DNA of 39,025 bases from an uncultured Thermotogae bacterium. GTDB lineage: Bacteria; Bipolaricaulota; Bipolaricaulia; UBA7950; UBA9294. The position numbers were made by a program, and so were the translations under genes. Below are positions 1 to 6,680 of the stretch, in pieces (position 1 is the first letter of the stretch; every line of letters begins with the position of its first letter). The notes under the pieces were generated by a model. That model was not told the DNA's origin, did not search any database, and saw only the letters and a list, made by a program, of their open reading frames with translations. The DNA is taken from NCBI GenBank assembly GCA_964620325.1, contig CAZUIM010000019.1, positions 1,142 to 40,166 on the forward strand, in the 5' to 3' direction.

Positions 1-360
1 CGTCGCCGACCTGGTTGGTGTCGGACTCGGGCGTCAGGGACAGGCGCAGGTCGATCCACGTCTTGGACGCGGGGTCGGCCGAGACGCTGGCGTCGGCGCC
101 GGCGACGGTGCCGTCGAACGACGCGTTCATCGTCAGCGTTCCGGGGGTGTTCGAGGTGAGCGTCTTGGTGGCGACGCCGCTCGTGTCGGTCGTCACCGTC
201 TCGCTGCCGCTCAAGATGCCGGCCCACTCGAAGTCGACGGCGGCGCCGGAGACGGGGGTCCACGTCGTGCCGTTGGTCGTCTGCTCGAGGGTGGCGGTAA
301 AGGTGTGATCGTCGCCGACCTGGTTGGTGTCGGACTCGGGCGTCAGGGACAGGCGCAGGT
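1..360 (-). repeat. Intragenic tandem domain repeat. An exactly identical 56-nt segment occurs at 1-56 and 305-360, a period of 304 bp (about 101 aa), within the adhesin gene.
   Basis: Direct comparison of 1-56 with 305-360 shows they are identical. Sequence diverges immediately after. Confidence 0.85.
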
Positions 361-2017
361 CGATGCCGGTGTAATGCGAGGAGTCCGCATCCGAGTATGG
401 ATCTCCGCGATACTGACCGGTCGCCGTTGCTTCGTTCGAGTACGGCCCCACCTCGGCGATTCCCGTTGCTCGATACGTCCACGTCTCTCCCGGGTCGAGC
501 ACATCATTGCCGTTCGTGTCGCCGGATTCGTAGAGAGGCGTGACTCCTTGGTCGTCGCTGACGGTGACGTCCTGCAGTCGAACGTCTCCCGAGTTGGTCA
601 CCTCGTAGACCCAAGTCACGGTGGCTCCGACGGCCACGTACGGACCGGGTGCCGCGTCAGCATCTTCTCCGTTTGTGAACTTCTCCACATCAATCGATGG
701 ATCTGGACACGCCGGTCCTGTGGTCGGCTTCGGGCAGACCTTCGTGCCCGCTTTGATGGCCGCTTCCACACTCCCCTCGGGCCAATACCCGTACAGCATC
801 AGAGTGAACGTTCTCGAGGATCCGACCTCGACGCCGCTGTCGAACTTGAGCCCCGTCACGCCGGTCGTCGGGTCGTACCCGTAGTCGACCGTGCCGGGGC
901 CGGTGCCTGAATAATCGATGTCGCCGCTCGTCACGCAACTTGGCAGACCGAGAATCCAATGGCTGGTCGCCGGGCTGGCGTTCGACGTGATCGTGTACGT
1001 AAAGACGGTCTTATCGGTAGCGGAGTTGTACGAACTCCCCTTGAAATCTATGATGTAGTTGGCGCATTCCGGCTCGACCACGGTGAGGAGAGCGGCCTGT
1101 GACTCGACCGTGCCGCAATCGGTGCTGATCCGAACAATGTAGTCCCCTTCGTCACTCTGGTCGACGTCGGTCAGCGTTAGCGTGTCCGTCGTGGAGCCGG
1201 AGACGCCGTTCCCATTGACGAGAAGCACTCCGTTCTTGTACCACTGGTAGGAGAGGCCGCTTCCTGTTGCCGAGACGGAGAAGACGACGTCCTCCGCCTC
1301 GTAGACGGTTGCGTCCTCCGGCTCATCGGTGATCTGCGGCTGGGTGCAGACGATCGTCAGTCTCCCGAAGACGTAGGCGACGTTGTCTCGGTCTTCTTTG
1401 GTGATGAAATAGCTGAGCGGGGTTCCGCCCCCGGCGCTGCTCGTGAATCCGAGGATCTCCAACGTGTACTTCGTGTCGTCGATCCAGAAGGTGTCCGATG
1501 TGCTTCCGGGGAACGTGACGCGATCGTAACATCCTTTGTAGTCGCCTCCGTACGGGCAGACGTTCCCAGGGTTGTCGTCCGGATCGTTCGGGGTCTCGTG
1601 AAATCCGAGAACGTATGTGAACTCCGGGTCGGGCGAAATCGCAGGGCTGTCGAAATGAAGGGTGATCTCCAATTCGACCTCCGTCGGCGCGTCTCCCATG
1701 ATCGGCTTGTTGTGGTGAGTGAACGTTCCGATGAGGAAGCTCTCACCCGAATCGAACGACTCGTTCGAGTTCCCGTCGAAGTCGAACCCGCTCCGACCTG
1801 AACCGGTCGACGTTCCCCACCGAATCTCGCTGGTGTTCAGTCCGGTGACCGACACGTCCGCATCTGTCCAGATGCCATTCGCCGTCGCAAGCTGGAAATC
1901 TGTGCCACTGGCGACGAAGGCCGAGAAGACCAGCGTCACAAGCGCAATGAGAACTACAGCTCCGGCCGTCTCCCCCCAGCTTCTACCCCGGGATGCCGCA
2001 GTCTGCCGCACAGCCAT
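1..2017 (-). CDS. Giant secreted surface/adhesin-like protein, N-terminal roughly 670 aa. The gene continues past window position 1. It has a signal peptide, a THHN-motif domain reminiscent of choice-of-anchor domains, an Ig-like (I-set) domain, a DUF11-like conserved repeat domain and tandem roughly 100-aa Big-like repeats.
   Basis: Manual reverse translation from the ATG at complement 2015-2017 gives MAVRQTAASRGRSWGETAGAVVLIALVTLVFSAFVASG... (signal/TM). A GGAGGA RBS lies 7 nt upstream. Recognisable motifs are FTHHNKPIMG, YQWYKNG...DEGDYIVRISTDCG (Ig-like) and VTWVYEVTNSGDV (DUF11-like), plus repeated IDLRLSLTPESDTNQVGDDHTFTATLEQ units. The frame remains open to position 1. It is absent from the ORF track only because no stop codon lies inside the window. 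High GC3. Confidence 0.7.
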   Translation of the reverse strand, partial: MAVRQTAASRGRSWGETAGAVVLIALVTLVFSAFVASGTDFQLATANGIWTDADVSVTGLNTSEIRWGTSTGSGRSGFDFDGNSNESFDSGESFLIGTFTHHNKPIMGDAPTEVELEITLHFDSPAISPDPEFTYVLGFHETPNDPDDNPGNVCPYGGDYKGCYDRVTFPGSTSDTFWIDDTKYTLEILGFTSSAGGGTPLSYFITKEDRDNVAYVFGRLTIVCTQPQITDEPEDATVYEAEDVVFSVSATGSGLSYQWYKNGVLLVNGNGVSGSTTDTLTLTDVDQSDEGDYIVRISTDCGTVESQAALLTVVEPECANYIIDFKGSSYNSATDKTVFTYTITSNASPATSHWILGLPSCVTSGDIDYSGTGPGTVDYGYDPTTGVTGLKFDSGVEVGSSRTFTLMLYGYWPEGSVEAAIKAGTKVCPKPTTGPACPDPSIDVEKFTNGEDADAAPGPYVAVGATVTWVYEVTNSGDVRLQDVTVSDDQGVTPLYESGDTNGNDVLDPGETWTYRATGIAEVGPYSNEATATGQYRGDPYSDADSSHYTGIDLRLSLTPESDTNQVGDDHTFTATLEQTTNGTTWTPVSGAAVDFEWAGILSGSETVTTDTSGVATKTLTSNTPGTLTMNASFDGTVAGADASVSADPASKTWIDLRLSLTPESDTNQVGD

Positions 2018-2066
2018 CGAATCCTCCTTGGAGTTGGCAACCCGGCAGCCTCCCGAGAGGTCCGCG

Positions 2067-2106
2067 GCTTTGCGTCCTGTTCTCACGAACAGTTTGCCCT
2101 TTTCAG
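2067..2106 (-). promoter_or_regulatory. Conserved upstream element, copy A: GCTTTGCGTCC-N14-GTTTGCCCTTTTCAG. It lies 50-90 nt upstream of the adhesin start. It is a putative operator/promoter, possibly the RHH regulator's binding site.
   Basis: A near-identical element is present at 2612-2651 upstream of the neighbouring RHH gene. The 15-mer GTTTGCCCTTTTCAG is identical in both copies. The GCTTTGCG(T/C)CC box is at the same spacing in both. TTTGC(G/C) units are reiterated. Confidence 0.5.
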
Positions 2107-2152
2107 CTCAATTCCTTCGAGTTCTCGTTACATCCTTTCCGTGTGCACTTCG

Positions 2153-2482
2153 TCAAGGGGTTGTGTGCTCGTTGTGTCGTCCCTGAATGATCAGAGCGCG
2201 CTCCACCGCCTCCGGCTCGACCAACCGCTCTTCGAGCAGGATATCACCGAGAAGCTTGTCGGTGAACTTGCTCTTCTGAAGCTCAAGGCCCTTCGCGAGA
2301 TCCACATGGCTGAGCACACCGAGGTCGACGAGGATTTCGCCGAGCCGCTTCTCGCGCTCGAAGTGCTTTTCGAGGATCGAAAGGATGACGGCGCTGCGGC
2401 TCTTCCGCTCACGACGTCCTTTCGCGTCGACCTGTTTCATCAGGTAGGCGTCCGCCTCGTTGTAGTAGATGGTCGTCTGCAC
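2153..2482 (-). CDS. Ribbon-helix-helix (CopG/Arc/MetJ-like) DNA-binding domain fused to a tandem MshEN-type c-di-GMP-binding motif. Putative c-di-GMP-responsive transcription factor.
   Basis: GTG start, with an AGGAAGGAG RBS 7 nt upstream. The N-terminal TTIYYNEADAYLMKQVDAKGRRERKSRSAVILSILEKHF fits an RHH beta-strand plus two helices. RLGEILVDLGVLSHVDLAKGLELQ matches the 24-residue MshEN motif RLGxx(L/V/I)(L/V/I)xxG(L/V/I)(L/V/I)xxxxLxxxLxxQ exactly. After a 5-residue spacer (KSKFT) comes a second copy, KLLGDILLEERLVEPEAVERALIIQ (G10 replaced by R). Confidence 0.75.
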   Translation of the reverse strand: MQTTIYYNEADAYLMKQVDAKGRRERKSRSAVILSILEKHFEREKRLGEILVDLGVLSHVDLAKGLELQKSKFTDKLLGDILLEERLVEPEAVERALIIQGRHNEHTTP

Positions 2483-2523
2483 GTTTCGGCTCCTTCCTCT
2501 TCGAACCGGCTTCCAAACGAAAA

Positions 2524-2554
2524 GGCCGGGTCCCAGTCACCCTGGTAACCCGGC
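2524..2554 (-). terminator. Intrinsic-terminator-like hairpin in the minus-strand leader of the RHH-MshEN gene. An 11-bp GC-rich interrupted stem is followed by CUUUUCGUUU. It is either a transcription attenuator or the 3' end of a small leader RNA.
   Basis: Minus-strand RNA: GCCGGGUUACCAGGGUGACUGGGACCCGGC CUUUUCGUUUGG. The stem pairs GCCGGGU with ACCCGGC, with an inner CCAG/CUGG pairing and a 5-nt loop. The U-tract is oriented for the minus strand only. It lies about 40 nt upstream of the RBS. Additional hairpins (GCGAGC-cgcguc-GCUCGC, a C(UUCG)G loop) lie further 5'. Confidence 0.45.
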
Positions 2555-2611
2555 TGCCATGAACTCTTACTCGAGTTCTCTCGCGAGCGACGCGGCTCGC
2601 GCAGGCCCGAA

Positions 2612-2651
2612 GCTTTGCGCCCCTACCTTGCGATAGGTTTGCCCTTTTCAG
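2612..2651 (-). promoter_or_regulatory. Conserved upstream element, copy B: GCTTTGCGCCC-N14-GTTTGCCCTTTTCAG. It lies 130-170 nt upstream of the RHH-MshEN gene and is flanked by AT-rich GTATAT repeats.
   Basis: See copy A. TTGC cores at 2615, 2628 and 2639 are spaced 11-13 bp apart. GTATAT at 2652 and GTATATAT at 2673 are rare AT-rich patches in a GC-rich genome. Confidence 0.5.
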
Positions 2652-2773
2652 GTATATGAACCAATGGCGACAAGTATATATGCCCCTCCAGTTCGTGTCA
2701 AGAGGCGGAAAGACACCAAGGAAAGGACCTTCTTTTGCATGTTCCATGGAATCGGTATGCAGTGCGCCGTCGA

Positions 2774-2803
2774 TTGCGGCTCGATCGACCTGTGATCTAT
2801 ACT
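2774..2803 (+). promoter_or_regulatory. Putative sigma70-type promoter of mutS: TTGCGG-N18-TATACT. The -10 element ends 11 nt before the ATG, so the mRNA is likely leaderless or near-leaderless.
   Basis: TTGCGG at 2774-2779 and TATACT at 2798-2803. No Shine-Dalgarno sequence precedes ATG 2814. Confidence 0.4.
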
Positions 2804-2813
2804 CGACGATACG

Positions 2814-5333
2814 ATGACGGCCGATCAGACTCCGATGATGAAGCAGTATCTGCGTTTCAAGGCCGAACACCCGGATGCCATCCTCTTCTTTCACTTGGGG
2901 GATTTCTACGAAGCGTTCTTCGAAGACGCAGAGACGCTCGCCCGGGAACTGGACATCGTCCTCACCTCGAGGAACGGCCATCCGATGGCCGGCGTTCCGA
3001 TCCGTCGAGGATCGGCCTACGTGAACCAGCTGTTGAAGAAGGGGTACAAGGTTGCGATCTGCGATCAGATCGAGGATCCGAAGAAGGCGCACGGGCTCGT
3101 CAAGCGGGATGTCGTTCGAATTGTCACGCCGGGGACCGCGCTCGACGAATCGGTTCTCGATCCGGGGGCGAACAACTACTTGGCCGCCGTGCATCGGCCG
3201 ACGGGACGTGAGACGATCGGTCTGTCGTTCGTCGATCTCTCCACCGGCGAGTTCATCTGCACGGCCGTGGCATCGCTCGCCGTCTGCCTCGGCGAAATCG
3301 AACGACAGGATCCGACGGAGGTTCTCCTGTCGTCGGCTGCATCGGACGATCTGAGGCGCCTCCTCTCGGAGCGGACGCTGACCGACCTTCCGCCGACCGC
3401 CTTCGTGGCGGCCGCTTCGGATGAGCTCGGTGTCGATGAGGCGGCTCTGCAGGCGGCCGGAGCGATCGCCGAGTACGTCGGAGCGACCCAGAAGGCGGCG
3501 CAGGTGCAGATGCGACCTCTGCGGGCGTATTCGGTCTCCGACCACGTCGATCTCGATCCATTCACTGTCACCAGTCTCGAGCTGGTGAAGCCGCTTCGAG
3601 ACGGGAAAGAACGAGGGACACTCCTCCACGTACTCGACGAAACGACGACGAGCATGGGGCGCCGACGTCTGCGACGGATGGTCCTCTCGCCCCTCACCGA
3701 CCGGGCGACCCTCGAGGAGCGGCTCGACGCGGTCGGCTCGATGGTCGAGGCGAGTCTGCTCCGCCAGGAGCTTCGCGACCGACTCAAAGACGTGCACGAT
3801 CTCGAGCGGCTGGCCGGGCGGCTCGGCGCCGGGCGATTCCATCCGCACGACTTGAGCGTTCTCCTGCGTTCTCTCGGTGCGATTCCTTCCGTTTGTCGGC
3901 TGATCGAGGAGGGGGGCGATCAAGATCGAAGCCGAACGTTCGCCCGTCTCCGCGACGCGATGGGCGACGCCGACGTCGGAGGGCTGACCGCACGGTACGG
4001 CTCCATGCTCGTCGACCAGCCGCCGGTCGACCCTCGAGACGGTGGACTCATCGAGAACGGCTACAGCCACGAACTCGATCGCTTACGGGACGAGACGCGA
4101 ACCCTGCGAGAGGCGTTGACGACCCTCGAGGCGGACGAGCGAGAGCGAACCGGGATTCCATCGCTCAAGGTCGGGTACAACAGGGTCTTCGGGTACTACA
4201 TCGAGGTGACCAGGCCTCATCTCGACAAGGTTCCCGAGGAGTACCGTCGCCGTCAGACGCTGGCGAATGCTGAGCGGTTCGTAACCGACGCCCTTCGCGG
4301 GATCGAGGAGAAGATCGCGCTCTCCGAAGAGCGGACGACCGCCCTCGAGGTGAAGCTCTTCGATGAAGCGGTCAACGCACTGGCTGAGAGGATCCCGCAG
4401 ATTCAAGCCGTCGCCGATGCACTCGCCGAGCTCGATGTGATCCTCGGGCTCGCCGACGTGGCGCATCGGAATGCGTACGTTCGGCCGTCGTTCACGGAGA
4501 AACACGCGCTGGTGATCCGCGGCGGTAGGCACCCGGTGGTCGAGCAAATCGAGGAATTCGTTCCGAACGATCTCGATCTCTCCGACGGCCGAGATCTGGT
4601 GATTCTGACCGGGCCAAACATGGCCGGAAAGTCGGTCTTCCTCCGCCAGACGGCGCTGATCTCACTGATGGCGCAGATCGGCTCGTTCGTCCCCGCCTCC
4701 GAGGCGAGGCTTCCGATCGTCGAGAGCATCTTCGCCCGCGTCGGAGCGAGCGACATGCTCGTTGCCGGGGTGAGCACGTTCATGATGGAGATGCTCGAGG
4801 TCGCTGCCATCCTCGAGCGTGCCACGTCGCGCAGTCTGATCATTCTCGACGAGATGGGGAGAGGGACGAGCACGTTCGACGGTGTCTCAATCGCGTGGGC
4901 GGTCGCCGAGGAGTTGGCTCGCAAGGTTCGAGCGAAAACCCTCTTCGCTACGCACTACCAAGAGATGACGCGTCTCGCCGACGAGGTTCCGAACGTCGTC
5001 AATCTGCACGTCGCCGTCAAGGAGGTCGGCTCCGAGATCGTCTTCCTCCACCGCGTCGAGCCGGGGACAGCGGCCGGGAGCTACGGGGTGCACGTCGCCC
5101 GCCTCGCCGGCCTGCCGCAACACGTCACTGAGGCGGCAGATCGGATTCTCGCGGAGCTCCTCGCCGACGCTCCGCTCTCCGAGCTCGGCGGGGGGCAAGT
5201 CGCGGAGCGGATCCCGCTGTTCGGGGCGGAGGACCACCCGATCGTGCAGCGGCTTCGTCGACTCGATCCGAATCGGATGACGCCGCTCGAGGCGCTCGAG
5301 ACACTGGCCGAGTTGATCGAGGAGGCGGAGTGA
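2814..5333 (+). CDS. mutS: DNA mismatch repair protein MutS
   Basis: The N-terminus MMKQYLRFKAEHPDAILFFHLGDFYEAFFEDA is the canonical MutS mismatch-recognition domain. Walker A (GPNMAGKS) and DE(M/L)GRGTSTFDG motifs are present. 839 aa. Confidence 0.95.
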   Translation: MTADQTPMMKQYLRFKAEHPDAILFFHLGDFYEAFFEDAETLARELDIVLTSRNGHPMAGVPIRRGSAYVNQLLKKGYKVAICDQIEDPKKAHGLVKRDVVRIVTPGTALDESVLDPGANNYLAAVHRPTGRETIGLSFVDLSTGEFICTAVASLAVCLGEIERQDPTEVLLSSAASDDLRRLLSERTLTDLPPTAFVAAASDELGVDEAALQAAGAIAEYVGATQKAAQVQMRPLRAYSVSDHVDLDPFTVTSLELVKPLRDGKERGTLLHVLDETTTSMGRRRLRRMVLSPLTDRATLEERLDAVGSMVEASLLRQELRDRLKDVHDLERLAGRLGAGRFHPHDLSVLLRSLGAIPSVCRLIEEGGDQDRSRTFARLRDAMGDADVGGLTARYGSMLVDQPPVDPRDGGLIENGYSHELDRLRDETRTLREALTTLEADERERTGIPSLKVGYNRVFGYYIEVTRPHLDKVPEEYRRRQTLANAERFVTDALRGIEEKIALSEERTTALEVKLFDEAVNALAERIPQIQAVADALAELDVILGLADVAHRNAYVRPSFTEKHALVIRGGRHPVVEQIEEFVPNDLDLSDGRDLVILTGPNMAGKSVFLRQTALISLMAQIGSFVPASEARLPIVESIFARVGASDMLVAGVSTFMMEMLEVAAILERATSRSLIILDEMGRGTSTFDGVSIAWAVAEELARKVRAKTLFATHYQEMTRLADEVPNVVNLHVAVKEVGSEIVFLHRVEPGTAAGSYGVHVARLAGLPQHVTEAADRILAELLADAPLSELGGGQVAERIPLFGAEDHPIVQRLRRLDPNRMTPLEALETLAELIEEAE

Positions 5334-6274
5334 ACGGCGGAGCGGAGATCCATCGCCCCGTTCTGACGACCGAGGTCGTTCGTCTCCTCTCTGGGCTTCC
5401 GAAGCCGACGGTCGTCGATGGGACGATCGGGCTCGGGGGACACGCAGAGGCGATCCTCGAAGGGAAGGCCGACACGCGCGTGATCGGGATCGATCGGGAC
5501 GAAGGGGCACTCGCGATCGCGGAGGCGCGTCTGGCCCGGTTTGGAGATCGGGTTCAGCTCGTTCACGGAGACTTCGTGGACGTCGCGGTGCATCTCGCTC
5601 GACTCGGTGTCGAGACGGTCGGAGGGCTGCTTCTTGACATCGGCGTCTCGTCGTTCCAACTCGACGATCCGGAGAGAGGCTTCAGCTTCCGACGTGACGG
5701 GCCACTCGATATGAGGATGGATCCGTCGGCCGGCAGCCCGGCCTCGGCCTGGCTCTCGACGGTTCGAGAAGACGAGCTGGCGGCTGCGTTGTGGTCGTAC
5801 GGCGAGGAACGATACGCGCGGCGGATCGCCCGGGAGATCGTCCGGGCCCGCGTGTCCGACGCGATTCTGACGACCGGCGCGCTGCGCCGGGTCGTCCACC
5901 GGGCCGTTCCGAATCGATACTTCGATGGCCCGATCGATCCGGCGACGCGGACGTTCCAGGCGATTCGGATCGTCGTCAATCGTGAACTCGCGAGTCTCGA
6001 GCGAGGACTGGAGACCGGCTTCGCCGTTCTCGCACGCGGCGGGGTCCTCGTTGTCATCTCGTTTCACTCACTCGAGGATCGGATCGTCAAGCGGTTTCTT
6101 CGCGAACGTGCGGCCGATTGCATCTGTCCGCCGGAACTTCCCGAATGCATGTGCGACAAGCAGATCGAGGCCGAGATCCTGACGCGGCGTCCGATGGTCC
6201 CGGACGCGGACGAGGTCGCCCGAAACCCGAGGGCCCGAAGCGCGAAACTCCGCGCGGGGAAGAAGGTCGTCTAG
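5330..6274 (+). CDS. rsmH: 16S rRNA (cytosine1402-N4)-methyltransferase RsmH (MraW)
   Basis: GTG start overlaps the mutS stop (GTGA). A GAGGAGG RBS is present. Motifs include GGHAEAIL, DIGVSSFQLD, FHSLEDRIVK and a C-terminal NPRARSAKLR. Confidence 0.9.
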   Translation: MNGGAEIHRPVLTTEVVRLLSGLPKPTVVDGTIGLGGHAEAILEGKADTRVIGIDRDEGALAIAEARLARFGDRVQLVHGDFVDVAVHLARLGVETVGGLLLDIGVSSFQLDDPERGFSFRRDGPLDMRMDPSAGSPASAWLSTVREDELAAALWSYGEERYARRIAREIVRARVSDAILTTGALRRVVHRAVPNRYFDGPIDPATRTFQAIRIVVNRELASLERGLETGFAVLARGGVLVVISFHSLEDRIVKRFLRERAADCICPPELPECMCDKQIEAEILTRRPMVPDADEVARNPRARSAKLRAGKKVV

Positions 6275-6338
6275 TTCGGGTTCCAACACGACAGCTGTCC
6301 GTCTCCGGTGATCCGGGGTCGACTACGCTCACGAGGAG

Positions 6339-6680
6339 ATGTTGCACCGCGGTCGAAACCGTACGGTGGAAGGTGAACGGTCGCGGCGCCGGGGGGCGAG
6401 AGTTCCGAGCCGATGGATCGCGCTTTCCGGCGTCACGACCCTCATTGTCGGCCTCTGCTTCCTCTATGTCCTTCAGGCAACGGCTCTTCGCAGTCTGACC
6501 GCGGAATGCGAGCAGGCTCGCGACGAACTCGTGCGCGTGGAGGAGGTCAACCTCACACTCGAATTTGAGATCGAACAGGCGTTCTCGCTGGAGCGAGTCT
6601 CAAGAATCGCTCGAGAGCGCCTCGGTATGGTCGAACCTTCGGTGGTCAGATATGTCCCCGTTCCTGCGTCGGAAGACTAG
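6339..6680 (+). CDS. ftsL: Cell division protein FtsL-like (septum formation initiator)
   Basis: ATG with an ACGAGGAG RBS. It has one TM helix (WIALSGVTTLIVGLCFLYVL), then a coiled coil and an ERVSRIARERLGM motif. Its position between rsmH and ftsI matches dcw-cluster synteny. Confidence 0.6.
   Translation: MLHRGRNRTVEGERSRRRGARVPSRWIALSGVTTLIVGLCFLYVLQATALRSLTAECEQARDELVRVEEVNLTLEFEIEQAFSLERVSRIARERLGMVEPSVVRYVPVPASED

Noticed and set aside
15-959. Plus-strand ORFs 15-308, 305-910 and 621-884, and minus-strand 690-959, inside the first 1 kb
   Set aside because: A different minus-strand frame encodes a continuous Ig/DUF11/Big-repeat protein with a signal peptide and a strong RBS. These overlapping ORFs are by-products of the repeat-rich GC-rich sequence.
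2409-4070. 553-aa minus-strand ORF antisense to mutS. Similar long antisense ORFs are 13541-15010 (minus, 489 aa), 16078-16998 (minus), 22381-23967 (minus, 528 aa), 25276-26466 (minus, 396 aa), 28424-29647 (plus, 407 aa), 30752-32140 (plus, 462 aa), 19429-20412 (plus), 20108-21369 (plus) and 5081-6067 (minus).
   Set aside because: They are R/P/G/S-rich low-complexity translations, typical of stop-codon-poor antisense frames in a roughly 68% GC genome. Each overlaps a strongly supported gene with recognisable family motifs on the opposite strand.
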